Shown piece by piece: positions 10,916 to 20,991 of a stretch of DNA of 64,000 nucleotides. The stretch is taken from positions 320,001 to 384,000 of the forward strand of contig CAWJQI010000004.1 in NCBI GenBank assembly GCA_963845085.1. Reading direction: 5' to 3'. Position 1 is the stretch's first letter. Every line of letters begins with the position of its first letter. The translations under genes were made by a program, and so were the position numbers. This stretch comes from Candidatus Fermentibacterota bacterium (GTDB lineage: Bacteria > Fermentibacterota > Fermentibacteria > Fermentibacterales > JCC-6). The notes beneath the pieces are model-generated. The model was given only the letters and a program-made list of their open reading frames with translations, did not search any database and was not told the origin of the DNA.

Positions 10916-12151
10916 TTGGGGTTGAGATCCGGTTTCGACTCGGTTTCCTGGAGGATCGCATGGCGCTGCCTTCGCCGCCATCCCGCGAGGAAAAAGGTGG
11001 CCTTCAGCACGATCGTCAGCATCGCGGGCGTTGCCCTGGGCGTTGCAGCCCTTGTCGTTGTCATGGGGGTTCTCGACGGCCTTGAGCATTTCATCACCGA
11101 AAGCGTCACCAGCGTCGACGCGTCGCTCGCCGTCCTTCCGGCTGGCTCTGGTGTGGTCCCCGACGACCCGGGGTTCATGGAGAACCTTCTCGAGCTTCCC
11201 GAGGTCGAATCGGCAGTGCCCTACATCCAGGGAGAGGCGATTGCACGGCTTCCGGCAAGGAACCTCGAGTCGGGCTGCATCGTCAGGGGGGTTCCCGTTG
11301 ACGTTCCCCTCTTTCCCGGCATAGACACACTTGTCTCGTGGGGTTCCCCTTCGCTGGTCGGCCCGGACGGCGGACCGGCCGTTGTCATGGGGCTCTACCT
11401 GGCCGAGGAGTTCATGCACAGCTCCGGCGACACGATCGTTTTCTTCCCGCCCAAAAGCCTGTTTTCGGGCAGCGTCGGAAGCGCCAGGGCTGTTCTTCTC
11501 GGGGCGGTTGAAACCGGCCTTCCCGCCAACGACAGAAACCTTGCCTGGGTCCCCCTGCCGGTGGCGGCCCGAATGTTCCTGCCCTCGGGCGGCCTCAGCG
11601 GCATTCAGGTCACCCCTTCGAGCGCATACGGCGAGGAGGCCGCAAGACGGGCCCTTGAGGCGTTCCTTCCCGACTCTCTCCAGGTGCTCACCTGGAAGCA
11701 GAGAAACCCCGCCCTGGCAGCCAGCATGAAGCTGGAGCGGCTGGGCTCGATGGCGGCGCTTCTTCTCATCACACTCGTTGCCACCTTCAACATCATGGGA
11801 ACGGTCGCGAGAAGCGTTGTGGAGCGAAGGCGCGACATCGCCATCCTCAGGGCAATGGGCGGAAGCGACTCCCTCGTGGCCAGGATATTCCTCTGGGAGG
11901 GGGTCTTCGTCGGGGTTACCGGAGCAGCCATCGGCGTGGCCCTCGGGCTGCTGCTCTGCCACATCCTCTCTTCGACCGGGCTTGTCAGCCTTCCCGACGT
12001 CTACTCATTCCACGACAACCTTCCCGTGAGGGTCTCTCCGCTCAACACGCTTGTCGCGGCCCTTTCCGCGGTTGCCATGAGCATCCTTTCAGCAATGGTT
12101 CCTGCGGGCAGGGCGGCATCGCTCGACCCCGTCGCGGTGCTAAGGAAATGA
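10916..12151 (+). CDS. lipoprotein-releasing ABC transporter permease, LolC/E family
   Basis: IVSIAGVALGVAALVVVMGVLDG, VATFNIMGT..RSVVERRRDIAILRAMG, PAGRAASLDPVAVLR. Confidence 0.9.
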   Translation: MGLRSGFDSVSWRIAWRCLRRHPARKKVAFSTIVSIAGVALGVAALVVVMGVLDGLEHFITESVTSVDASLAVLPAGSGVVPDDPGFMENLLELPEVESAVPYIQGEAIARLPARNLESGCIVRGVPVDVPLFPGIDTLVSWGSPSLVGPDGGPAVVMGLYLAEEFMHSSGDTIVFFPPKSLFSGSVGSARAVLLGAVETGLPANDRNLAWVPLPVAARMFLPSGGLSGIQVTPSSAYGEEAARRALEAFLPDSLQVLTWKQRNPALAASMKLERLGSMAALLLITLVATFNIMGTVARSVVERRRDIAILRAMGGSDSLVARIFLWEGVFVGVTGAAIGVALGLLLCHILSSTGLVSLPDVYSFHDNLPVRVSPLNTLVAALSAVAMSILSAMVPAGRAASLDPVAVLRK

Positions 12152-13071
12152 GCCTTCTGCTCTGCATGGTTCTTCTTGTTCCGTACAGCCCCGCTGACAG
12201 CGCCAGGGCTCTCGTCACGATGAGGGAGGTCCCGCTTCGAGCGCTTCTCTTCGCCGAGCAGGCTTCGAGGATCGATGGCGCCGGTGTGCTCGAGCTGGGA
12301 AGGCTGCTTGAACTCGCCGGCAGGTTCGACGATGCCGGAAGGGTTTACGCACTGGCGGCCGGCGGCGCCGTTGCATCGACTTCCGGATGGCTTGCGGACA
12401 GGTTGAGGGGCGTCTCGGTGCTCGACACGACGCTCGTGCTCGAGGCCAGCCTGACCAACCTCGGCGACACCATCGTCAGAAACGTCGTCCTCATGGTCCC
12501 GAGGCCTTTCGCGCACGAACCCTACCAGACCATGAGGATCCTCTCGAACGATTTTTCAGGGGGGGGGCCGGTTCTGACCTGCCTTGTCGCATCCCTCGCC
12601 CCGGGTGAGACCGCGGTCATGAACATCAGGATGGAGCTGCGCCAAAGGCCCCACACGTTCCGCCCGATCCGGGAGGCGCTGAGCGACAGCATCCTGAACG
12701 AAATCCTCGGGATGGCAAGACGGGTGGAGGGAACAAGGTCGGCCCCGGGTCCGTGCCTTGAGATGTCCCTTGCGCTCGCCAGGCAGGTCGCCGGAAACGG
12801 AATTCCCATTCACGTTGCGGGGGGCCTCGTTCAGAGGGGCGACAGCCTTGTGTTTCACGCCTGGACGGTTCTGGACTCAATTGTTCCCGGCCTCCCGGTG
12901 GATCCTCTATTGCTCAGGACCGACTCCCTGATGGCCGTCGGGCACTGCCCCTCCGACATGATCCCCCTCTGGAACCTCGACTACACTGACGGCTGCGAGC
13001 TGAGCGCCCTCTACACAGGGCTCGATTCCAACCTTGAGATGAGCATGAGAGCGTACTTTACGGAAAGATGA
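12148..13071 (+). CDS. secreted transglutaminase-like protein
   Basis: Signal peptide; GPCLEMS...GGLV...FHAWTV...VDP matches the Cys-His-Asp transglutaminase core. Confidence 0.6.
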   Translation: MSLLLCMVLLVPYSPADSARALVTMREVPLRALLFAEQASRIDGAGVLELGRLLELAGRFDDAGRVYALAAGGAVASTSGWLADRLRGVSVLDTTLVLEASLTNLGDTIVRNVVLMVPRPFAHEPYQTMRILSNDFSGGGPVLTCLVASLAPGETAVMNIRMELRQRPHTFRPIREALSDSILNEILGMARRVEGTRSAPGPCLEMSLALARQVAGNGIPIHVAGGLVQRGDSLVFHAWTVLDSIVPGLPVDPLLLRTDSLMAVGHCPSDMIPLWNLDYTDGCELSALYTGLDSNLEMSMRAYFTER

Positions 13072-14612
13072 GGCCCGATGTGCAGGGAACGGCAGTGCTC
13101 ACGACCGTTATCGCCCTGACCGCCTGCGCTGACCAGGGCGGGGACAGGTTGACCGGCGCGGTGCAGTCCTACATCGACGCAATGGGCGGAAGGGAAGCCC
13201 TTGAAGGCATCCGCTCCGTGCATACGGTGGACAGCATCACGATGGCGGGCCTTTCAGGCTGCAGCGAGGCCTGGTGGGTCAGGGATCCCTTCATGGGAAG
13301 GGTGAGGATTGCCCTCGGACCGGTCGAACAGCACATGATCTTCCAGGGCGACAGCGCCTGGAGCCTTGACCGCAACGGCAACCTTGCCCCGGCAGGGCTG
13401 GAGGGACTCACGCAGCTCGAAAGCGCCAGGGCCACGGTGTTCAATACGGCCTTCCTCGAGTGTTCGGGGCTCGAATACGCGGGCGACACTCTGATTGCCG
13501 GACAGAGGGCTGTTCTGATAAGGCTCGATCTCGACTCGCCCGTCACCTACTGCCTCTCCGCGAATACCGGCCTTCCCGTCGCCCTTGTCACTACGGCCAT
13601 GGGCATGACGGTGGTTCAGTACCCGGGCGACTACACTGAGATCGACGGGGTGACCGTTCCGCTGACCACGGTTGACTCGCTTCCCGGGATGGGCATGGAA
13701 ACAGTGAGCAGGAACATCCTTACCGAGTTCAACACCTCTGAGTCCTTCGACGACAGCCTGTTCTCACCCATCCGGGGCGCGCCGGACCGGCAGCTCACCA
13801 CCTCCGACACACCCAGCCCCTTTCGGCTGCACCAGGGCCACATCTACCTCGAGGCCCTGGTGAACGGCAGGGAGGCCCTCGCCATCCTCGACAGCGGCGC
13901 CGGCGCCACACTTCTCGACAGCATCTTCGCGTGCGAGCTCGGTCTCATCCCGGAAGGGGAGTTCCAGGCCCAGGGCATCAGCGGCTCGCAGGAGTTCGCC
14001 TTCGTGCCGGTTGACAGCTACGAGGTGGCGGGCGCAGTGCTGAGGGGGCAGCTGCCCGCAGTGCTGCCCATCCGGGAAGCCTTCCTTCCCGCAACCGGTA
14101 TGAGCATAGACATGATCGTGGGGTACGACTTCCTCTGCAGGTTCGTGACCGAGATAGACTATCCGGGCAGGACGATCACCCTGCACAGGCGGGGGGAGTA
14201 CAACGCCCCGCCCGGTGCGCTGCGTGTTCCGGGAAGGCTCTCGATGAGTCTGATCTCCTTCGATGCCCTGATAGAAGACAGCATTCCGGCCACCCTGCTG
14301 CTTGACACCGGCGCGGGAGGTTCGCTCCACCTGTCCCGGAGCTTCCTTGCGGGCAGGGGCGCCGCACTCGATGGAAGACCGTCCCGCACCGTTCCGGTCG
14401 AGGCTGTCGGAGGCCGGGGAACCGTCAGCGTGATCCCGGTTGAAACCGTGACAATCGGTGGAAGGATCATCCCCTGCGGCGAGGCGACCGTCTTCGATGA
14501 CACGGGGCCCCTCTCCCGCTACGATGGAATCCTGGGAAGCGACATCCTCTCAAAGTTCACACTGGTCATCGACTACGACATGCCCGGTTTCCACCTGGTT
14601 CAGGCGGAATAG
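13068..14612 (+). CDS. lipoprotein with two retropepsin-like aspartic protease domains
   Basis: Lipobox LTAC; ILDSGAG...IVGYDF and LLDTGAG...GILGSD. Confidence 0.82.
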   Translation: MRPDVQGTAVLTTVIALTACADQGGDRLTGAVQSYIDAMGGREALEGIRSVHTVDSITMAGLSGCSEAWWVRDPFMGRVRIALGPVEQHMIFQGDSAWSLDRNGNLAPAGLEGLTQLESARATVFNTAFLECSGLEYAGDTLIAGQRAVLIRLDLDSPVTYCLSANTGLPVALVTTAMGMTVVQYPGDYTEIDGVTVPLTTVDSLPGMGMETVSRNILTEFNTSESFDDSLFSPIRGAPDRQLTTSDTPSPFRLHQGHIYLEALVNGREALAILDSGAGATLLDSIFACELGLIPEGEFQAQGISGSQEFAFVPVDSYEVAGAVLRGQLPAVLPIREAFLPATGMSIDMIVGYDFLCRFVTEIDYPGRTITLHRRGEYNAPPGALRVPGRLSMSLISFDALIEDSIPATLLLDTGAGGSLHLSRSFLAGRGAALDGRPSRTVPVEAVGGRGTVSVIPVETVTIGGRIIPCGEATVFDDTGPLSRYDGILGSDILSKFTLVIDYDMPGFHLVQAE

Positions 14613-15522
14613 AGCCCCTGAAGTGGTCGTAGCCGTCTCCGGGCGGGGCGATCATGCCCCCGGGTCCGACAAGGAACACCCCTGTCCCGGCTTCCAGCCA
14701 GCCGATGGGGTGGCATCCTTCGAAGCTCATCCCTGAAGGGGCAGTGAAAAGAAGTTCGTAGTCCTCCCCGGCCCGGAAGGCCTCGAGGGGGCGGGAGCGG
14801 GCGTACTCCACAAGAGGTACGGCATCGGTCTCGATGCAGACCCTGACCCCGCTCGCCCTGGAAATGTGTCCGGCCTCGCTCACCAGCCCGTCCGAGATGT
14901 CGATGGCGCACCGGCAGCCGGCCCCGCGTATCAGGGCTGCCGCGTCGAACCTCGCCTTTGGCTCGAGGAACAGCCCTGTCTGCGCGTGTTCCAGGGGTGA
15001 AAGGGTGCATTCCCGGGATTTTTCCAGAAGCGCGGGGGAATCAAGAGTGCGGCCGAGCGGCCCAGTCACCCATAGCCTTTCACCGGGTACAGCCGCGGAT
15101 CGCAGGAGCGGGGGGCCGTCAAGCTCGCCCACTGCGGTGAGGGTCAGACCAAATGTTCCGCTCCGAATAGTTTCACCGCCCGCAAGCCGGCAGTCGGGAC
15201 GGCGAACGAGCCCCCTGCAGAACTCGAGAAACCACTTCACCTCGACATCGGGCGGGAGGCTGACAGCGCTGAAAAGCCAGAGTGGACGGGCGCCCATGGC
15301 GGCCAGGTCGGAGAGGGTGGCCTCGAGAAGCCTTCCGCCCAGCTGCTCCGCCGGGCACCACCAGCGGTGGAAGTGAACCCCCTCGAAGTACGAGTCTACG
15401 GTAACCACCGGAGAGGCGATGGCCGGGAGAACCGCTGAATCGTCGCCGGCCAGTTCGAGCCCCAGCTCACTTATCAGCAGGCTGATGAGCCCCCTCTCGC
15501 CGAGTTCCCCCACGGTAGCCAT
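14566..15522 (-). CDS. thiL: thiamine-monophosphate kinase
   Basis: GERGLI, GDDSAV, EGVHF, LSDLAAMGARP, AIDISDGL, GEDYELLFT, GYDHF. Confidence 0.95.
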   Translation of the reverse strand: MATVGELGERGLISLLISELGLELAGDDSAVLPAIASPVVTVDSYFEGVHFHRWWCPAEQLGGRLLEATLSDLAAMGARPLWLFSAVSLPPDVEVKWFLEFCRGLVRRPDCRLAGGETIRSGTFGLTLTAVGELDGPPLLRSAAVPGERLWVTGPLGRTLDSPALLEKSRECTLSPLEHAQTGLFLEPKARFDAAALIRGAGCRCAIDISDGLVSEAGHISRASGVRVCIETDAVPLVEYARSRPLEAFRAGEDYELLFTAPSGMSFEGCHPIGWLEAGTGVFLVGPGGMIAPPGDGYDHFRGSIPPEPGGNRACRSR

Positions 15523-16382
15523 CAGCGCCTCAAAACCACTTCCAGCTTTTCCATGAGGGCATGGTCCCTGTTTTCCGGGCCGGTCACCACGCCAAGGGGT
15601 TCCCTGCACCTGCAGCCGCCGGGGATGGCCGACGGGTCTCCGAGAAGTGAAAGGGCCTCTCCGAGCACCTTCATCGCCATCGCAGCGTTGTCCTGCATGA
15701 CCTCGAAAACCATGTCACCGGTGACATGCTCGCCCGATTCCCTCCAGCAGTCATAGTCCGTGCTCATGGCAAGCGTTGCGTAGCACATCCCGGCCTCGCG
15801 GGCGAGTTTGGCCTCGGGAAGGGCGGTCATTCCGATGACCGACGCACCAATCGACCTGTAGAAAAGGCTCTCCGCACGCGTGCTGAACGCAGGACCCTCC
15901 ATGACGACGAGGGTGCCTCCGTCATGCACGGTGGCGCCGGCCGCCGCTGCAGCCCTTGCGAGGATCGCCCTCAGGGAGGGACAGAACGGTTCGCCGAAGG
16001 ATGCGTGGGCAACCGCGCCATGGCCGAAGAACGATGTGACCCGGGCTCCGAGCGTCCTGTCGAACAGCTGGTCGGGCACAACGAAATGGCGGGGTGCGAT
16101 CTCCTCCCTCAGGCTTCCCACGGCGCTGAAGCTCACAAGCGTTTCCACCCCGAGTGATTTGAGTGCGTAGATGTTTGCGGCGTAGGGAACCTCTGAAGGG
16201 GTGAACCTGTGGCCTTCGCCATGCCTTGCCATGAACGCCGTCCCGACACCGTGAAGCTCGCCCAGCACCACGGGCGAGGAAGGTTTTCCGAAGGGTGTCT
16301 CCACGGCATCGACACCGAGGACCTTTATGCCCGGAATGGAGTAGAGACCGCTTCCTCCTATGATGCCGACCCTCTTAGCCAT
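15522..16382 (-). CDS. mtnP: S-methyl-5'-thioadenosine phosphorylase
   Basis: IGGSGLY, TPFGKPS, RHGEGH, EGPAFSTRAES, GMTALPEAKLARE, STDYDCW. Confidence 0.93.
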   Translation of the reverse strand: MAKRVGIIGGSGLYSIPGIKVLGVDAVETPFGKPSSPVVLGELHGVGTAFMARHGEGHRFTPSEVPYAANIYALKSLGVETLVSFSAVGSLREEIAPRHFVVPDQLFDRTLGARVTSFFGHGAVAHASFGEPFCPSLRAILARAAAAAGATVHDGGTLVVMEGPAFSTRAESLFYRSIGASVIGMTALPEAKLAREAGMCYATLAMSTDYDCWRESGEHVTGDMVFEVMQDNAAMAMKVLGEALSLLGDPSAIPGGCRCREPLGVVTGPENRDHALMEKLEVVLRR

Positions 16383-16397
16383 TATCTTCCCTTCATC

Positions 16398-17459
16398 ATG
16401 AGTGACAAACCGAAATATAGCCCCACCCCGGACCTCACCGGCATGCCGTGGGAGAGCCTCCTCGGCTGGGTGACCGATGACCTCGGGGAAAAACCCTTCC
16501 GGGCGAAACAGCTCTTCTCCTGGATACATCTGCGGGGTGCCGGATCGTTCGAAGAGATGACGGACATTCCGAAGGCGCTCAGGGAAAAGCTTTCGGAGAG
16601 GGCAACCCTCACCGTGCCGGAAACCGTGGAGATCGCAAGGGGCCGGGACGGCACGGAACGGCACCTTCTGAAGCTGCATGACGGCCTCGTCGCTGAATCG
16701 GTTCTCATTCCCGACCCTCCGAGGCTAACCGCATGCCTTTCCACACAGGTCGGGTGCAGGATGGGCTGCGCCTTCTGCATGACCGGCCAGGTCGGTTTCA
16801 GAAGGAACCTCATGGCGGGCGAGATCGTGGCGCAGCTCTACGCCCTCAGAAGGACGGCCCCTGAACGGATCTCGAACCTGGTCCTTATGGGAATGGGGGA
16901 ACCGCTCGACAACCTCGACCAGGTAATCCCTGCGCTTGCGGTGATAAGCCACGACTCGGGAATCAGCATCGGGCAGAGAAAGATCACGATCTCAACCATC
17001 GGCATCATCAGGGGCATCTCCGCCCTGACCGCCCTGGGCAGGCAGTACGGGCTTGCCCTCTCCCTGCACAGCGCGGTTCGAACCACCCGCGAAAAGCTTG
17101 TTCCGGCAGCGGCTGGAACAGGGCTGGACAGGCTGAGGCAGAGCCTTCTCGAATGGACGAATGCTTCGGGAAGGCGGGTCACACTCGAGTACTGCCTCAT
17201 AGCAGGGGTCAATGACTCCATCCGTGAGGCGCAGGCGCTTGTGGATTTCGCACGGGGTCTCCCGTGCAAGATCAACCTGCTTTTGTACAACCCTGTAAGC
17301 GGCCTTCCATGGCAGAGGCCCGACGAAACTGCAGTGAGCGCCTTCATGGACCACCTCTACCCCCGGTGCCCGTCCGTCACCCTGAGAAGATCGCGTGGCG
17401 ACGACGTGAACGGGGCGTGCGGCCAGCTCGGGGCTTCGGTTCTCGGTACCCTGCAGTAG
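16398..17459 (+). CDS. rlmN: 23S rRNA (A2503-C2)/tRNA dual-specificity methyltransferase, radical SAM
   Basis: STQVGCRMGCAFCMTG, MGMGEPLDN, SLHS, GACGQL. Confidence 0.95.
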   Translation: MSDKPKYSPTPDLTGMPWESLLGWVTDDLGEKPFRAKQLFSWIHLRGAGSFEEMTDIPKALREKLSERATLTVPETVEIARGRDGTERHLLKLHDGLVAESVLIPDPPRLTACLSTQVGCRMGCAFCMTGQVGFRRNLMAGEIVAQLYALRRTAPERISNLVLMGMGEPLDNLDQVIPALAVISHDSGISIGQRKITISTIGIIRGISALTALGRQYGLALSLHSAVRTTREKLVPAAAGTGLDRLRQSLLEWTNASGRRVTLEYCLIAGVNDSIREAQALVDFARGLPCKINLLLYNPVSGLPWQRPDETAVSAFMDHLYPRCPSVTLRRSRGDDVNGACGQLGASVLGTLQ

Positions 17460-17643
17460 GCGGTTCAAAGAACAGGCTTTGTGCGGTTCAAACCGCGGGC
17501 AGTTCACAACCGGACATACCAGGGAACCCCGCAGGACGGATAGGCATGCACTGCCCTTCCGCATACGGGCGGCGCGCCTGAAATGCATGACGAGCAAAGT
17601 GTTCGAAGCTCTGTAAATCGCTTCCCAAAAGGTCAGCCCGTGC

Positions 17644-19336
17644 TCATCTCAGCAGGCAGACCGACTTCGATGCGGTTCCCTCCGCGGCAATGACGCGGCA
17701 GATGTAAACACCAGATGGAAGCACGCCGTCCGAGTCATCCCTTCCGTCCCAGCCTATGGAATGCTCCCCTGCGGCCATCTCCGCTCCGGCCAGCGAACGC
17801 ACCAGGCGGCCCGACAGATCGAACACCTGCACCGAGACATGGCCCGAAAGCCCTGTCCGGAACGATAAGCGCTGCGCTTTCTGTGAAGGGGTTGGGAAGG
17901 ACCATCAGTTCAAACCCGGATACCGGGCCCGGTTCAATCCCGTTCTCGGTGACCGTGAAGCTGACCGTGTCGCTCGCAACGACGGCGCCGCCGGACCAGG
18001 AATCCGCCACAAGCTGATTCTCACCGACTTCAGCGTTAATGTCGTCGGTGTAGGTCCACTTCAACCCCGTACCGAATGCATACAGCAGCCCGTCTATGGC
18101 CGGTATGTACATGACGCCGTCGGTTATGGAGGGTGAACCCATGAACATCTCGGCTTCTACGCTGTACGTCCAGACGGTTTCCCCCGTGGCACAGTCCAGG
18201 GCGATTATCCTCGCGTCGGTACCGAAATACATTTCTCCGAAGAACACGAGACCGTCGGCCACACCGGGAGAGCCATGGATACTCAAGGCCCTGTTCCAGA
18301 GGATCTGACCGGTTGCCGCATCCAGCCGCACAAAGTTGCCGTCCGGACCGATTCCCTCGATTCCGATGAAAAGGCTTCCATCATGGTACGAGGGCGTTGC
18401 GGTGATGTTGTCTCCGATTGGGGAATCCCAGATGATGGCTCCGGTCAGGCAGTCGAATGCCAGAACGGAACCATTAAATGAGCCTATGTAAATGGTGCTG
18501 TCGACAACAACGGGCGAGCTGTCCCAGTAACCGTCTTCACTGTACTCGTTCGACCAGACGGTTTCACCGGTCTCTGCGTCGAGGGCAATGAGAGGCCCCA
18601 TATAGTTGCCGATGATGAACATACCGTTCCAGCCGGCCATGCAGTTCATGACCCGGCCGCTCAGCTGGCGCACCCAGACCTCCGATCCGTCTTCGACGGA
18701 AAGACAGTGGATGTATGTTTCGTTGAGCGCCCAGATATTCCCTGCGCAGGCCACCATGCCATCCATGACACAGGGTGTGCTGCCTGCGTCGAACTCCTCT
18801 TCCCCGCTGCAGAAGGTCCATAAACGAGTGCCGGTCAGTGCGTCGATGCAGTATACCGAGTCGGAGGACAGGAAAACCCTGCCGTCAACGACCGAGGGCG
18901 GGTCATCGGATCCCATCGTCTGGTAGCTCCAAATCTCTTCACCTGTCGCCGCGTCGAGTGCGTGCAGTTTCAAGTCCCCGCTGTTGGACGAGTAATAGAC
19001 AATACCGTTCACGACGATGGGAGTCGGGAACTCGTGGATAAGCCCCGTGACAGGAGCTGTCCACAGAATCGTGGGCTCGTGGGGCGCGGGCGCCGCTGAA
19101 TACCCTTGATGGAGGTTGCTCTGCATGTATGTGGGCCAGTCCGTGCTGAGCCTGGGTACTGGAAGGAACGGTTCCCCGTTCAGGGAGCAGGTGACCGAGT
19201 CGGGAAGGATGTTTTCGTTCTGGACAATGGCGCTGAGAGTGAGTACAGCGCTTGAATACACCCCTCCGTCCTCCGGCTGCGTGATGGACACGTCGGTTGC
19301 CGACACGACCGCCATGATGAGCGCTGCAACATTCAT
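17644..19336 (-). CDS. secreted PQQ-like (BamB-type) beta-propeller protein with C-terminal FlgD/sorting domain; frameshift at ~17866
   Basis: Repeated ALDA.TG...W and SSP motifs; PNPF followed, after a 1-nt shift, by SFRTGLSGHVSVQVFDLSGRLVR...WDGRDD..GVY. Confidence 0.8.
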
Positions 19337-19400
19337 GCCGTTCCTCCAGAAAATGGGTGCCAGTGTGATCTTCGATGCTGTTCTCTTCGGATCAGACCTG

Positions 19401-20108
19401 TCAGCGTCTCGCCGTGAACTGAACCGTCCACTCCCCGACCTCGGGGCCGCCCGACAGAGGCCGGGATATCACTATGTCCTGGCCCTCAGCCAGCTTGTAG
19501 AGCGGTACCGAGAAGACCAGCCCGCTGCTTTCAACCTCCATGACGGCAAAATCCTCGTACTCCCAGCACAGCTCGGGATCGGTGACCGAGTAGCCCTCCC
19601 AGTACCTGAACCAGAGCGTGGGCACCAGCGGCACCGGAGCCATGTCCTCAGGGTCGGCGGGCTGCTCGAAGTCACCCGAATTCGCCATCTCCCAGGTGAG
19701 CAGCATCAGGACGGGAGTGAACTCCCGCGGACCCGAAGTCACCCTGCCCGGGATCGCCTCTTCTGGGTCTTCCCAGGCGGGCGACAACTCGAACCCGATT
19801 ATCTCGCCCGTGCCGTTTATCTGTGTCATCGGCAGAACACCGCCGATGCCCGCATCTCCGATCGGAACCTCGAACCACGCTGCAAACTCGGGTGATATCG
19901 AAGGCCCGAACTTGACGTTCTCAAAGCGGCCGACGGCTGTGTAGCTGTCGAATCCGCCCTGCTCGCCGTACGCACTGGACTGCTGCGTGTAGCTCAGGCC
20001 TATCGTGATGTCGTAGACCGCGGATCCGATGAATTCAGCCGCTTCGGATCGAAGCCCCGTGGAAAGTAGAGCAGCCGGCACAAGAAATAAAACTCTGCTT
20101 CGCATCAT
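19401..20108 (-). CDS. hypothetical secreted acidic protein
   Basis: AAGGAGG RBS, N-terminal signal peptide, no family recognised. Confidence 0.65.
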   Translation of the reverse strand: MMRSRVLFLVPAALLSTGLRSEAAEFIGSAVYDITIGLSYTQQSSAYGEQGGFDSYTAVGRFENVKFGPSISPEFAAWFEVPIGDAGIGGVLPMTQINGTGEIIGFELSPAWEDPEEAIPGRVTSGPREFTPVLMLLTWEMANSGDFEQPADPEDMAPVPLVPTLWFRYWEGYSVTDPELCWEYEDFAVMEVESSGLVFSVPLYKLAEGQDIVISRPLSGGPEVGEWTVQFTARR

Positions 20109-20328
20109 TGCCTCCTTCGTTCTCCTTGAACAATGGGTTATGCCATCATGCATGGTTTGAAAGAAGAGGTTCGTCGTGCCGGTCTGATTATTACCACGTA
20201 TTGGCCGAAAGACAAGGATAGCAAAGCGCAGCTGTCCACTGTGGATAATGGACTGCAGAATCGCGCACTCAGCCTTCGGGACGATTTGTCCGGAAAAGCG
20301 ATGGGATGTTCGGAAACGCCTCAGTTCC

Positions 20329-20895
20329 TCAGAAAATCACCGAAGCCATGATTCCGAGGGAACTGCACTCCTTCTCCTCCCCCGCGAGGGAGGCGCCGAG
20401 GGGCATGTAGTCCGCCGTCACGGTGAGCTCAAAGTAGTTGGTCCAGCCGAAGGGGATCCTCGCGCCAAGCTCTGCGCCGATTATCCCGCCGCCGGTGGTC
20501 GTGCCTTCATTGTCGCCCTCGGGGCTGTCCCACGCGAGAACACCGCCCGCATGCACGCCAAGAAGCGGCTCGATGCCCCTGGGACCGGCGTAGCGCCTGT
20601 AAAACGGGTACATCCTGTAGGTGAGGGTAAGAGGGACGAATCCCACGGAGCTGTACGCCTCGTTGTCGGTTCCAGCGGTGAAGAAACCAGCCTTCAGTGC
20701 GAACTGGTTGCCCTGCGTCATGGGGGTTTCCACCCCGAACATCCCGCCGAACCCCACACCTGCGTCTGTCTCGTCACCAAAGATCCAGGGCGTCAGCACG
20801 CCCGCGCCGACCGAGTAGGCCAGAGAAGCCCTGTCGCCGTGCCCTCCGGCAAGCAGCGCGCTGCTCGCCAGCAGAACCACCGTAATCCACTTCAT
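20329..20895 (-). CDS. small outer-membrane beta-barrel protein (putative)
   Basis: Signal peptide, Gly-rich amphipathic strands, C-terminal Phe; AAGGAGG RBS. Confidence 0.7.
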   Translation of the reverse strand: MKWITVVLLASSALLAGGHGDRASLAYSVGAGVLTPWIFGDETDAGVGFGGMFGVETPMTQGNQFALKAGFFTAGTDNEAYSSVGFVPLTLTYRMYPFYRRYAGPRGIEPLLGVHAGGVLAWDSPEGDNEGTTTGGGIIGAELGARIPFGWTNYFELTVTADYMPLGASLAGEEKECSSLGIMASVIF

Positions 20896-20991
20896 GATCC
20901 CTCCTTCGCTAAGGGGACGGACTAAGAAAGGTTAGTTTGTTGTTGTATTTCCCTGCAATGCAAAAATATACGAATCAGTTTCATGCAACAC

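Noticed and set aside
17460..17495. Direct repeat GCGGTTCAAA x2 downstream of rlmN
   Set aside because: Only two short copies, with no array or associated mobile genes.
20240..20248. Perfect DnaA box (TGTGGATAA) in an intergenic region
   Set aside because: Single box, with no cluster, AT-rich unwinding element or dnaA/dnaN nearby; compatible with chance.
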